From contig JANOQI010000031.1 of assembly GCA_031414775.1 (NCBI GenBank), positions 1 to 64,000 of the forward strand: a stretch of DNA of 64,000 bases. Direction: 5' to 3'. This document shows positions 43,136 to 55,173 of the stretch, piece by piece; within the stretch, counting starts at the first letter, position 1, and each line of letters begins with the position of its first letter. The translations under genes and the position numbers were made by a program. Below the pieces are notes generated by a model that did not search any database, was not told the origin of the DNA, and was given only the letters and a program-made list of their open reading frames with translations. The DNA comes from Synechococcales cyanobacterium VAR_4_metabat_354. Its GTDB lineage: Bacteria; Cyanobacteriota; Cyanobacteriia; Cyanobacteriales; Chamaesiphonaceae.

Positions 43136-43576
43136 TTACGCATGACACGCCAAAATCTCCACAACTCTACCTGCACTAACCTGATGGGCAAAGGTAATTT
43201 TCCAATAATGGGAAGGCAGATAGGGGAGTAGCTCCGACCATTCGATCGCCACAATACCAGGTTCCACTTCTAACCCCTCCCAATATTGTTCTGGGTGCAA
43301 AGCAATAACCTCATCCCGCTCTAACCGATACAAATCTAGATGGTAAAGCGGACAGCGCCCTTCTAAATATTCATTGACCAAAGTAAAAGTTGGACTGGCC
43401 ACCGCGCCAGTAATACCCAAACCAGCTGCTAATCCCTGCACAAAAGTGGTCTTGCCACTGCCCAAATCGCCAAATAATAGCAACACTGCTCCCGGTGTCA
43501 GTTGGGCAGCAAAGTCACAACCCAGCTGTCTAGTAGCAGCCTCATCTACCAGCAGCTCATGATGCCGATCGCTCAT
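43136..43576 (-). CDS. tsaE: tRNA threonylcarbamoyladenosine biosynthesis ATPase
   Basis: [21 protein letters not shown]. Confidence 0.93.
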   Translation of the reverse strand: MSDRHHELLVDEAATRQLGCDFAAQLTPGAVLLLFGDLGSGKTTFVQGLAAGLGITGAVASPTFTLVNEYLEGRCPLYHLDLYRLERDEVIALHPEQYWEGLEVEPGIVAIEWSELLPYLPSHYWKITFAHQVSAGRVVEILACHA

Positions 43577-44984
43577 TCTCTCTCACTTCTTTCACTTCCG
43601 ACTTCTGCTGACGATACCAAAAAAACAACGCCCGACCTAACTTCCGGGAGTTGTGACGGAGCGAGCCTTTGTCATCTTCTTCCATCACATTGACCGACAA
43701 AATCTGTCGTCCTAATTTCTGAACAATTTCTTCATCTAATAAAACTGGGAAAGAATCACCCTGAGCGTAACGATCTAAGCAACTGGCTGAAGGACTAGTC
43801 TTTTGGACTAATACCGCATTAAAAAGCCGCTGACCACAGGCATGATCGATCGCCTTAATGTGATCGCTGACGCTATAGCCAGTGGTTTCACCGGGCTGGC
43901 TCATGATGTTACAAACATAAATACAAGGGACTCGGCGCTTGGCAATGGCTTGAGCTATTTCTGGTACCAGGAGATTAGGAATGACACTGGTGTACAAACT
44001 GCCCGGCCCAATTAAAATGTAATCGGCTTCGCTAATTGCTTTGAGCACTGCGGGCAAAGCCGGGGGTCGCTCCGGAATACAACCAATTCGGACAATCTGA
44101 CCACCAGCTTCGGTAATTCGCGACTCACCTTCAATCCGGCGGCCATCAGCCAATTCTGCCCACAGATCGACGTGGGTTAGGGTGGCGGGTAGTACCCGAC
44201 CCTGGATCGCTAAGACCTTAGAACTAGCTGCAATTCCACGCTCCAAGTCACCAGTGATATCGGCCATCGCTGTCAGGAATAAGTTACCAAAACTATGACC
44301 TTCTAAACCCTCGCCAGCTTGGAAGCGGTATTGAAACAATTCCGTCAATAATTTTTCTTCGTCCGCCAAGGCCGCAATACAGTTGCGAATATCACCGGGC
44401 GGTAACACGCCAAAGTCGCGGCGGAGCCGACCGGAAGAGCCACCATCATCAGCCACCGTCACAATGGCAGTAATATTGGCGCTGTAATGTTTTAAGCCTC
44501 TGAGGAGAGTTGATAATCCGGTACCGCCACCGAGTGCCACAATTTTTGGTCCTCTGTTTCGCCGTCGATTGTTTGTGAGCATGTCCAGCAGCGTTTTTTC
44601 ACTTTGGGGATCTAAGGCACCACTAACGGCTCGCAAAGAACGCATCTGCCCCCAAAACAACAGAAAAAAGCCTGTCGCTAAAATGATCGGACCAGAGACC
44701 CGATTAGGCACCACTGTAGAAATGTTGTAAAGAATATTATCAGCAAACTGAACGAATGATCGAATCGGCATCAGCCTGACCCAAATAGCCACTCCCAACC
44801 CAATAAAAACGACCCCGGATAAGGTCACCATAAACCAGCGTTTTACGAACAAGCCTGGCGCTAGCCATTGCATTGATTTATTGACAATTCCGGTGTTTTC
44901 GGTGAAACGCTCATGGTAACGAGGAGTTTCTTGATGAACCTTTTGTAAAGCTTCTGGGGCAGTTTTAGGCATTGCTCTAGCCAA
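43557..44984 (-). CDS. yvcK: YvcK/GlmR (CofD-like) protein with N-terminal TM domain
   Basis: [28 protein letters not shown]. Confidence 0.88.
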   Translation of the reverse strand: MARAMPKTAPEALQKVHQETPRYHERFTENTGIVNKSMQWLAPGLFVKRWFMVTLSGVVFIGLGVAIWVRLMPIRSFVQFADNILYNISTVVPNRVSGPIILATGFFLLFWGQMRSLRAVSGALDPQSEKTLLDMLTNNRRRNRGPKIVALGGGTGLSTLLRGLKHYSANITAIVTVADDGGSSGRLRRDFGVLPPGDIRNCIAALADEEKLLTELFQYRFQAGEGLEGHSFGNLFLTAMADITGDLERGIAASSKVLAIQGRVLPATLTHVDLWAELADGRRIEGESRITEAGGQIVRIGCIPERPPALPAVLKAISEADYILIGPGSLYTSVIPNLLVPEIAQAIAKRRVPCIYVCNIMSQPGETTGYSVSDHIKAIDHACGQRLFNAVLVQKTSPSASCLDRYAQGDSFPVLLDEEIVQKLGRQILSVNVMEEDDKGSLRHNSRKLGRALFFWYRQQKSEVKEVRENERSAS

Positions 44985-45125
44985 AGAGTTGAGAAAAAGA
45001 AGGTGAAAACTGTGTTGAAATGAGGGATGAATGTAAATGTGGATTTGAGAATACTACTTAGACTACTACATAAATCTTAGTGTTTAGTTAATAGCCTATT
45101 AAGCATTCCCATAATTGTTAAATAA

Positions 45126-45617
45126 GTGACAAAAAAAAGAATTCTTGGTTTAGACCCCGGCCTTGCGACCATTGGATTCGGCATTATCGATATTGCAACT
45201 AATCCGGCTAAAGGTTGTACTCCTCTGCTGATGGTGGACTTTGGGATTATTCAAACTCCGGCTAAGACCGAAATTAGTCAGCGCTTGCGGATCATTTACG
45301 ATGACTTAAGTAGTGTTGTTGACGAATTTCAACCAGATTTAGTTGCGATCGAGAAGTTTTTCTTTTATCGCATGGCCAATACGATCGCCGTGGCTCAGGC
45401 CAGAGGGATATTACTCCTAGTTTTGGCACAACATAACCTCTCCTATATGGAGTTTACCCCAGCCCAGATTAAACAAGCGATCACTGGCTACGGAAATGCG
45501 CAAAAGGAGGAAGTTCAAGCGGCAGTAGCCAGAGAATTGGCTCTTGACTATATTCCACGACCTGATGATGCCGCTGATGCTTTAGCAATTGCGATCACTG
45601 GTTGGATGAATTTGTGA
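45126..45617 (+). CDS. ruvC: Holliday junction resolvase
   Basis: [26 protein letters not shown] start. Confidence 0.94.
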   Translation: MTKKRILGLDPGLATIGFGIIDIATNPAKGCTPLLMVDFGIIQTPAKTEISQRLRIIYDDLSSVVDEFQPDLVAIEKFFFYRMANTIAVAQARGILLLVLAQHNLSYMEFTPAQIKQAITGYGNAQKEEVQAAVARELALDYIPRPDDAADALAIAITGWMNL

Positions 45618-45829
45618 CTTCAAAATAATCTGAAGTTAGATTGTCTAGCATATCCACCCTAGATTAAATTTGGATGAATTTGGGGGAACGGCCAATCTTC
45701 ATGGTTATCTAATTGGGGTTGAATTCTGATAGTTCGCGATCAAAATTTAAGGAGAGGGCTTTCTCAGCTACATTAAGATAGAGGTGAAAATTAATTTTGC
45801 CACTCTTTCTTTGACCTGACTCTAAACTT

Positions 45830-47023
45830 ATGGATACCAAAGCATTTAAGCGATCGCTGAATCATTCTGACAATTACCATCGCAAGGGTTTTGGCCACCA
45901 AGAGGAGGCCAATTTGGCTTTGGAGTCGGAATATCAAAGCGATTTAATCAAACAGATTCGAGCCAACAATTACACCTGGCGATCGGGAGCAGTGACCATC
46001 CGCTTGGCCGAGTCCTTTGGTTTTTGCTGGGGCGTAGAGCGAGCGGTGGCCATGGCCTACGAAACTCGTCAACATTTTCCAACACAACAGATTTGGATCA
46101 CTAACGAAATCATTCACAATCCGTCGGTCAATCAGCGCCTCAAAGATATGGCCGTGAACTTTATTGAAGTAGAAAACGGTGCCAAAGATTTTGGATCGAT
46201 CGGCAATTCCGATGTGGTGATTCTACCTGCTTTTGGGGCTAGTGTTCAGGAAATGCAACTACTTAATGACAAAGGCTGTACGATCGTTGATACCACTTGT
46301 CCATGGGTCTCGAAGGTGTGGAATACGGTCGAAAAGCACAAGAAAAAAGACCATACTTCTATTATCCACGGCAAGTACAACCACGAAGAAACCGTAGCCA
46401 CCAGTTCTTTTGCCGGTAAGTATCTAATAGTGCTCAATATGGCTGAAGCTAATTATATTTGCAACTATATTTTGCAGGGTGGCGACCGCCAAGACTTTTT
46501 GGCGAAGTTTAGCAAATCTTACTCGGAGGGCTTTGACCCGGATATCGATCTAGACCGGGTGGGCATTGCCAACCAGACTACCATGCTCAAAACCGAAACC
46601 GAGGAAATCGGTAAGTTGTTTGAGCGCACGATGATGAAGAAATACAGCACCACCGAGCTGAACGAACATTTCTTGAGCTTTAACACGATCTGCGATGCAA
46701 CTCAAGAACGTCAGGATGCCATGTTTCAGTTGGTGGATGAAAAACTGGATTTAATGATGGTGATTGGGGGTTTTAATTCTTCCAACACGACTCATTTACA
46801 AGAAATCTCGATCGATCGCCAAATTCCTTCGTATCACATTGACTGTGCCGAAAGGATCATGAGTAATAATCGTTTAGAGCATCAGTCTTTAGATCAGGGA
46901 ATTATAGTTACTGAAAACTGGCTGCCAGTAGGTGAAATCACGGTAGGCATTACATCTGGGGCTTCTACTCCTGACAAAGTTGTGGAAGAAGTGATCGAGC
47001 TGATTTTCTCCCAGAAGATATGA
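45830..47023 (+). CDS. ispH: 4-hydroxy-3-methylbut-2-enyl diphosphate reductase
   Basis: [38 protein letters not shown]. Confidence 0.95.
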   Translation: MDTKAFKRSLNHSDNYHRKGFGHQEEANLALESEYQSDLIKQIRANNYTWRSGAVTIRLAESFGFCWGVERAVAMAYETRQHFPTQQIWITNEIIHNPSVNQRLKDMAVNFIEVENGAKDFGSIGNSDVVILPAFGASVQEMQLLNDKGCTIVDTTCPWVSKVWNTVEKHKKKDHTSIIHGKYNHEETVATSSFAGKYLIVLNMAEANYICNYILQGGDRQDFLAKFSKSYSEGFDPDIDLDRVGIANQTTMLKTETEEIGKLFERTMMKKYSTTELNEHFLSFNTICDATQERQDAMFQLVDEKLDLMMVIGGFNSSNTTHLQEISIDRQIPSYHIDCAERIMSNNRLEHQSLDQGIIVTENWLPVGEITVGITSGASTPDKVVEEVIELIFSQKI

Positions 47024-47228
47024 TTCACACCTTTGAATTAAACGATTTAACTACCCTGTTGCCAGCGGAAAGGATAGTGCATTAGATTAGTACAATCACT
47101 CTGAATAGTTCAGTAATTGTGCTGATAAATTAATGGTTGAGTAAGCGTTAGGATGGCGTGTGAGGTGGGTAGTTCTATGGATATGAGCTAGTATATAAAT
47201 CATAGCCAGCTCACAATCTATTAATTTA

Positions 47229-48203
47229 ATGATGAAGAGTACTAATACTGACAGAAATGCTATGGCTCCATCAGGTTTGGACTTTAGCACTAACCCAAAA
47301 ATCACGCACTATTGGCAGTCACTAAAGCGCTATATTTTCAATCATCGGCGACTAACAATGTACACTTTAGGTCGCTTTCAGATAGTGCGCAAGCTAGCAC
47401 TGCTACTTTCCAAACAAACATCTTTACCGCAACCCGATACTAAGACAGTTTTCTCTGATATATCTATTGAAACCGTAGTGAATAGCTTGGATACCAATGG
47501 CTACTATGCCGGTTTGCAGCTGCCGGTGGAAATTGTAAAGAAAATATTAAATTTTGCTCATATCAATTCGTTTTATGACGATCAAAATCCTGAGAAACTT
47601 TATACTTATCAGGATCTTCAGCAGCTTGAAGTAAGAGATCTGCACAGAGTTTTGATTGGCCGCTATGAGAATACAGCTCAGGATTGTCCCATTACCATGG
47701 CTCTCCAGCAAGATTCGCAACTACTAGCTGTTGCCACTAAATACTTAGGTCGGCGACCAAAACATAGTGATCATAGATTGTGGTGGAGTCTGGCCAATAA
47801 TGCTACTGATGAACATGCGCGAATTCGTTCCGGACAGGAGTTTCACTATGATTTGGATGACTATCGCACCATATCATTTTTCTTCTATCTGACAGATGTT
47901 GATACTTTTGGTGGGCCGTTAATGTTCATCAAAGGCAGTCATAAAAAGAAAAAATTAAGCTATTTGCTATCGATGTTTAAAGCACGTCAAGAATCTGATC
48001 TGTTGAAGTTTTATAGTAGAGATGATTTTATTGAAATGCGTGGAGCAGCAGGCTTTGGCTTTGCAGTCGATCTATTTGGATATCATAGAGGCAAGCCACC
48101 TGAAAATAGCGATCGATTAATATTGCAAATTCGATTTGCGCTAAATGACTACAATAGTGATGGTAAGACCCTTGATGGATTTCAGGGAGCATCTCCAAAA
48201 TAA
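47229..48203 (+). CDS. Putative PhyH-like Fe(II)/2-oxoglutarate dioxygenase
   Basis: FHYDLDD, FYLTDV...GP...IKGSH, YHRG...R: an HxD...H triad and distal Arg. Confidence 0.7.
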   Translation: MMKSTNTDRNAMAPSGLDFSTNPKITHYWQSLKRYIFNHRRLTMYTLGRFQIVRKLALLLSKQTSLPQPDTKTVFSDISIETVVNSLDTNGYYAGLQLPVEIVKKILNFAHINSFYDDQNPEKLYTYQDLQQLEVRDLHRVLIGRYENTAQDCPITMALQQDSQLLAVATKYLGRRPKHSDHRLWWSLANNATDEHARIRSGQEFHYDLDDYRTISFFFYLTDVDTFGGPLMFIKGSHKKKKLSYLLSMFKARQESDLLKFYSRDDFIEMRGAAGFGFAVDLFGYHRGKPPENSDRLILQIRFALNDYNSDGKTLDGFQGASPK

Positions 48204-48274
48204 GACTAGCATGGCAAGCCAACAGCGGTTTATCATAAAAGGAATCATCTGTAACTCTTTTTATTGACCGACCT

Positions 48275-49663
48275 ATGTTTGACTCATTAGCTGAAAGTTT
48301 TGAATCTGCCTGGAAAAAGCTTCGTGGCCAGGACAAAATCAAATCTAGCAACATTCAAGAAGCCCTGCGGGAAGTGCGAAGGGCATTGATTTCAGCTGAT
48401 GTTAACGTTCAGGTTGTCACCAACTTTGTCAAAGAAGTCGAAGAAGCAGCTCAGGGTGGCGAGGTTATTTCAGGGGTACGTCCAGACCAGCAGTTTATCA
48501 AGATTGTCTACGATGAGTTAGTCAAGACTATGGGGCAAACCAACGTCCCCCTGGCTCGTGCCGATGAATCTCCCACTATTATCTTGATGGCGGGTTTACA
48601 AGGGGCTGGTAAAACTACTGCTACAGCTAAATTAGCACTGCATCTTAAAAAAGAGAATCGATCGACATTGCTTGTAGCCACTGACGTTTATCGGCCAGCT
48701 GCGATCGATCAATTAATCACTCTTGGTAAACAGATCGATGTGCCTGTATTTGAAATGGGCATCGATACGAACCCAGTCGAAATCGCTCGTCAGGGTTTGG
48801 CCAAAGCCAAGGAACTGGGTGTTGATACCGTCATCATCGATACTGCTGGGCGGCTGCAAATTGACACCAAAATGATGACCGAGCTAGCCGAGGTCAAAAA
48901 TGCCCTCCAGCCCCAAGAAATTTTATTAGTCATCGATTCCATGACTGGTCAAGAAGCAGCCAACGTGACTCTGGCCTTCCACGAGCAGATTGGGATTACC
49001 GGAGCCATTCTGACCAAGCTCGATGGCGATACGCGCGGTGGTGCTGCTTTGTCAGTGCGGGCTGTTTCCGGGCAACCAATCAAATTCGTCGGGGTCGGCG
49101 AAAAAGTTGAAGCCTTGCAACCTTTCTATCCTGAGCGGATGGCTTCGCGGATCTTGGGCATGGGTGATGTGTTGACCCTAGTGGAACGCGCCCAGGAAGA
49201 AGTTGATATTGCCGATGCCGAAAAGATGCAAGCCAAGATCATGGAAGCCAAATTTGACTTCAATGACTTCATTAAGCAAATGCGGATGATCAAGAACATG
49301 GGATCTTTTGGCGGTTTGCTGAAGATGATTCCGGGTATGGGCAAGGTTTCGGATGATCAGCTTAAAAAAGGTGAAGACGAACTGAAAAAAGCTGAGGCGA
49401 TGATCGGCTCTATGACAAAGGCTGAGCGGGTTGACCCAGAGCTGTTGGCCAAAACACCCAGTCGCCGGCGGCGGATTGCCAAAGGCTGTGGTCGCACTGA
49501 AACGGAAGTGAATAAGTTGGTGGTAGACTTTACAAGGATGCGATCGATGATGCAACAAATGACTACTGGTAATTTCCCACCCGGTTTTCCAGGCGGCCCG
49601 GGGGGTGGTGCTGCCAAGCAGCAAAAGCCCAAGAAAAAGAAAAAAGGCTTTGGAACACTCTAG
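48275..49663 (+). CDS. ffh: Signal recognition particle protein
   Basis: GLQGAGKTT, DTAGR, TKLDGD, Met-rich M domain. Confidence 0.97.
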   Translation: MFDSLAESFESAWKKLRGQDKIKSSNIQEALREVRRALISADVNVQVVTNFVKEVEEAAQGGEVISGVRPDQQFIKIVYDELVKTMGQTNVPLARADESPTIILMAGLQGAGKTTATAKLALHLKKENRSTLLVATDVYRPAAIDQLITLGKQIDVPVFEMGIDTNPVEIARQGLAKAKELGVDTVIIDTAGRLQIDTKMMTELAEVKNALQPQEILLVIDSMTGQEAANVTLAFHEQIGITGAILTKLDGDTRGGAALSVRAVSGQPIKFVGVGEKVEALQPFYPERMASRILGMGDVLTLVERAQEEVDIADAEKMQAKIMEAKFDFNDFIKQMRMIKNMGSFGGLLKMIPGMGKVSDDQLKKGEDELKKAEAMIGSMTKAERVDPELLAKTPSRRRRIAKGCGRTETEVNKLVVDFTRMRSMMQQMTTGNFPPGFPGGPGGGAAKQQKPKKKKKGFGTL

Positions 49664-49775
49664 TTTCTATTAACTACAATATTAAAACAAATTACTATTA
49701 AAAACAGGGACGAACGATCTGCCCTGTTCCCTGTTTCCAGTAGTAAATATCAACTTTCGCTTGTATTTAAAAAGC

Positions 49776-51443
49776 TCAAGTTATTCTACTAATCTGTCTC
49801 TCAATCAAATCTGCGTCACTTTTTCTTGCTAAAAAAGTCTGAAGTAAACTGGTGATAGTCCCTATTTCATATTCATTTAAATAAGATTCACTTGTCAAAC
49901 AACATAAGATAGATCTGAGAACGAAATCAATTTTACTACTATTACATAAAGATTCAGTAATTTCTTCTATTTTGTCTTGAATAGATTGTTTCAATTCGGT
50001 GATATTTTCTGACTTAAAGGATAAGTTATCCCGTAAATATGAGTGATACTTATCACATTTAGAATGTTCTAATGATAAATATAGTGCTCTATATAAACAC
50101 TTATGCTCATTTATACTGAAATCACAAATTCTTCTAGAAGAGTAAAAAATTTGTAATTCTTGCACTAAAAAAATAAGTTCATCAAGCCCTTGACGGAACT
50201 TCTTTCTATAAGTGTGAGCATTTTTTAGTCTATACTTTTTCACAAAGTCTTTATAGCTCGCTCTTTTTACTTTTTGAATCAATTTTGGACAACGGTATAT
50301 ATTTTTCTTCCAAAATGATGCATATGGAATTAGTTCATCAAGAAGCCAGTTATATGTTGTTTCTATATCCCAATAATTCCTTAAGCTAAACTCATTGTTA
50401 TATTCTCTTGAATTATAGGGTGGCTGCCATAGAAGCAACATTTTTCCGGAATTTTGTTGCTTGGTAGATATAAAAACATGGTGTCCTTGATTATACTGCA
50501 AAGTTTCTTTAGTAAATACTTGTATATATTGACCATGACTATCGAAAATAGTCCATTTTTTTTCATTCTCTGCATGGCATTTGGCAAACTGAATTGAATA
50601 TTCATTGTTTATAGAATTATGATGATGTGTGAAATCAAGCAATAAAAACCAAAGTTCTTGTTCTATCTCAATCAAAGGAACGTGATCACCAAATCCATCT
50701 AAAATTTCAAAATCACTTGATTTCCATGTATTTTCAATCATGAGTAATCGTTCTTTGTATTTCTCCCACAAACGATCTAAATTGTCACATAGTGACTGAA
50801 TTTCTTTTTCCTGCAAGACTATTCTAGTTGTGCCAATATCACAATAGTATTCACCTTTATACAACGAGATAAAGCCTCTAGATTCCAAAGACATTTTATA
50901 GGTTTTGAAATAAGTTTGAAGAACAGATAAATGATCGAATGTAAATGTGATATCTTCAAGTTTTTCAATTCCAAATACAATGGCTCCACAAGCTCTGTTT
51001 TTATTCAGAGTCGGTAGAAATGATAAAATCTGGACATATTCATTCTCTATATTAAAAATATCATCATTAATATCATCAAACTCAAACTCCCAGCAATCAT
51101 CATACTCTTTACATTCTTTCCAGCCTTGATTTTTCATGGATTCTTTTCGTCTTTCCCATGGTGAAAGTGTTAGTGATAGATCAGAATAAGGTACATAAAA
51201 TAATTCTTCTTTGACTTCTAAATTATTTTCTATTTCTCCAACCTCTGAAATCTTAGCTATAGTTGCCGCTGTTTCTTCAGCTAATATTGGCTTCTCCGGT
51301 TTTTCCGTAACTCTTTTCCAAAACTCTTCACCACCTTTTTTACCAAGTGCTCCAGCAAGTCCTCCAAATGCCTTTTCTAAAAATTCACTTGTGCTAGGGA
51401 GAATATGGTCTTGCAAACTCATCCAAAAATCGTGGATACTCAT
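49776..51443 (-). CDS. Hypothetical protein, 555 aa, AT-rich
   Basis: Long uninterrupted ORF with no motif I recognise. Confidence 0.75.
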   Translation of the reverse strand: MSIHDFWMSLQDHILPSTSEFLEKAFGGLAGALGKKGGEEFWKRVTEKPEKPILAEETAATIAKISEVGEIENNLEVKEELFYVPYSDLSLTLSPWERRKESMKNQGWKECKEYDDCWEFEFDDINDDIFNIENEYVQILSFLPTLNKNRACGAIVFGIEKLEDITFTFDHLSVLQTYFKTYKMSLESRGFISLYKGEYYCDIGTTRIVLQEKEIQSLCDNLDRLWEKYKERLLMIENTWKSSDFEILDGFGDHVPLIEIEQELWFLLLDFTHHHNSINNEYSIQFAKCHAENEKKWTIFDSHGQYIQVFTKETLQYNQGHHVFISTKQQNSGKMLLLWQPPYNSREYNNEFSLRNYWDIETTYNWLLDELIPYASFWKKNIYRCPKLIQKVKRASYKDFVKKYRLKNAHTYRKKFRQGLDELIFLVQELQIFYSSRRICDFSINEHKCLYRALYLSLEHSKCDKYHSYLRDNLSFKSENITELKQSIQDKIEEITESLCNSSKIDFVLRSILCCLTSESYLNEYEIGTITSLLQTFLARKSDADLIERQISRIT

Positions 51444-51548
51444 ATTTCAGATATTCATCTTGACTATGCTTCTCTATTCCATAGAGTAGCAAATATTCAG
51501 AATATTACTGGTACGACCCACCACGTCTAGACTAATGCAGATCAAGCA

Positions 51549-52484
51549 CTACCTTAATTTATTTCTCTCCAGCCAAGCTATCAAATCCGCCATCTGAGTA
51601 AAATCCAACAAAGCCTCACCCAGAGCTTCTAATCGTTCCACCGAAAGAGCCTTAATCATTCCTTCCAGATCATTTGAAACATCACCAACACGTCTTTTGA
51701 GCTGACGAAGAACAAGTTCATATTCCCTCGCTTCTCCCATCAGCAAACCCTCCAATCTAGCTTGTGCCATCTCAGAGCGGTAGATAGCATCAATTTCTTG
51801 CATCGTTTTCATAAAATCTTCATCCTCTTGTGATAAACCAGCGGCCGACTTCTCAGTCAAATACTTAAAATGTTTGATGCACACCTCCACAATATCATTT
51901 CTCTCTCTTCTCGTCCCCGGCAACTCCCTGATGTTGGCAAAAGCCTTAGTCAAAATCTTATCTTTCCCCAAACCACGTAGCCACAGGGTTTCTGGTGTTT
52001 CTGGTAAATTCCTAATCACCACAATACCAACCTGAAAACCATCAGGAAGTCGATACACCCCAGCGCCTAAATCCTGGTCTGCTATTGCTCCAAAAGATCG
52101 CAAGATTTTATCGCTACATCCTGTTGCCAGTATCCAAGTAAAAGGCTTTTGCTCTCCATGAAACTGCTCGCCACGTTTCTTCGCCTCTTTTTCTTCCCCA
52201 CTCACATAAAGATCCATCCTCGTCACGCATCTGACAATATGGCTGGGCTTCAAATAGCCACTGTAATGTTCCACAAATATTGTCGGATGAACCTTCATCA
52301 AATCATCGAATAATCCTAGATTTTCGGTTGTCCAGGCAGAACTCTGAAGATTGCTCGTAAATAACAAATCAACTTCTAAATTTTCATCACTTTTGACTCG
52401 GATATTAGTACTAACTGTTCCTTTCGTCTGGTAAAGAGCTGTAGTGTAAGCTTTGGAGAAATCATCATCCTGATAAGGACTCAT
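51549..52484 (-). CDS. DUF4351-tailed, PD-(D/E)XK/Rpn-like protein
   Basis: EVDLLF...IFVEH, LPETPETLWLR.LG, C-terminal LVLRQLKRRVG...LEALGEALLDF. Confidence 0.75.
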   Translation of the reverse strand: MSPYQDDDFSKAYTTALYQTKGTVSTNIRVKSDENLEVDLLFTSNLQSSAWTTENLGLFDDLMKVHPTIFVEHYSGYLKPSHIVRCVTRMDLYVSGEEKEAKKRGEQFHGEQKPFTWILATGCSDKILRSFGAIADQDLGAGVYRLPDGFQVGIVVIRNLPETPETLWLRGLGKDKILTKAFANIRELPGTRRERNDIVEVCIKHFKYLTEKSAAGLSQEDEDFMKTMQEIDAIYRSEMAQARLEGLLMGEAREYELVLRQLKRRVGDVSNDLEGMIKALSVERLEALGEALLDFTQMADLIAWLERNKLR

Positions 52485-52587
52485 TGGCTGGGCGATGTTT
52501 TAGTTGTTCGATATCATAGCATCGACGAGAGAATCACCAGGTGAGCGATGTTTCGTACTATATCGGAGATTTTCCTGGAAACAGTAA

Positions 52588-53997
<1,410 letters not shown>

Positions 53998-54027
53998 ATT
54001 TGTTCACCCTTTATTTAGACTATTACT

Positions 54028-54321
54028 ATGGAACTGTCGATCGAGTGTAAAAAACGTGTAGCTGGCACGAAACCTAATAGCCTGCGTCGGGCTGGTTTAA
54101 TCCCCGCTAACTTGTATGGCCACAAAGGTAGCGAATCCGAGCTACTGACTGTCGATGCCAAAACCTTGGAAATGCTTTTGAAAAAAGCGCAGCCTCGGAA
54201 AACGACAGTAGAAGTGAGCATCCCCGAGTTGTCTTGGAAAGGGAAAGTAGTACTGCAAGACGTACACAATCATCCTTGGAAGAATTTTACTTACCACGTT
54301 AGTTTTTTAGCTAGCAAGTAG
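54028..54321 (+). CDS. rplY: 50S ribosomal protein L25
   Basis: LRRAGLIPANLYG, HPWK...HVSF. Confidence 0.9.
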   Translation: MELSIECKKRVAGTKPNSLRRAGLIPANLYGHKGSESELLTVDAKTLEMLLKKAQPRKTTVEVSIPELSWKGKVVLQDVHNHPWKNFTYHVSFLASK

Positions 54322-54351
54322 ATCATCAGTCTATACATTTAATTATTTATG

Positions 54352-54379
54352 TGACCCAGCTCCAGCTGGGTTATTTTTT
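54352..54379 (+). terminator. Intrinsic terminator after rplY
   Basis: ACCCAGCT-cc-AGCTGGGT followed by a T run. Confidence 0.7.
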
Positions 54380-54459
54380 GCTTTTTGGGAAACTATGATC
54401 GCTAGATAAATGTCATAAATATCTATCAAACTCACCTCGAAATATTCAACCTTAACCCC

Positions 54460-55173
54460 ATGACTCTTGCTAAATCCTGGCTATCTATGGCTTTACCCGT
54501 ACTCTTTACCTTGGGGAGCATTAGCCCTAGCTGGGCGGCTGAGCAGCAACATGCTCGCACCCTCTCGGTTACTGGTAGAGGAACTACCAGTATTTCAGCG
54601 ACTCTAACTCAAATCCGTCTGGCAGTGGAAGTTTCGGGCAAAAATCCGAATGATGTGCAGAAAGAAGCCGCCCAAAGATCTAGCAAAGTTATTCAGCTCT
54701 TGCGATCAAAGAAGGTCGATAAGCTGCAAACAGCTGGTATTGGTCTGAATCCGATCTACAACTACGAAAATAATAAGCAAAAACTGACTGGCTATAACGC
54801 CACTAATAGTCTGAGTTTCCGGCTCCCCGTCGCCCAAGCTGGTGCCGTCATTGATGCCGCCGTGCAGGCGGGAGCCACTCGTATTGATAGTGTGAGTTCG
54901 ATCGCTAGCGAAGAAGCGGTCGCCACAGCTCAAACTCAAGCTTTACAACTGGCCACCAAAGACGCTCAGCGCCAAGCCCAATCGGTATTATCAGCCTTAG
55001 GTCTCCAGCCGAAAGAAGTAGTTGGGATTCAGATCAATGATGCGGCTCGGCCTAATCCAGTCATGATGGAGAGTGCGGCATTTGCGCGCTCTGATCGTAA
55101 GATGGCGACGACCGAAGTAGTCGGTGGTGAGCAAGAAGTCCAAGCTAACGTCACGTTGCAAATTAGTTATTAG
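54460..55173 (+). CDS. SIMPL/DUF541 periplasmic protein
   Basis: Signal peptide, TLSVTGRG, L.P.YNY...GY.ATN, GEQEVQANV. Confidence 0.85.
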   Translation: MTLAKSWLSMALPVLFTLGSISPSWAAEQQHARTLSVTGRGTTSISATLTQIRLAVEVSGKNPNDVQKEAAQRSSKVIQLLRSKKVDKLQTAGIGLNPIYNYENNKQKLTGYNATNSLSFRLPVAQAGAVIDAAVQAGATRIDSVSSIASEEAVATAQTQALQLATKDAQRQAQSVLSALGLQPKEVVGIQINDAARPNPVMMESAAFARSDRKMATTEVVGGEQEVQANVTLQISY

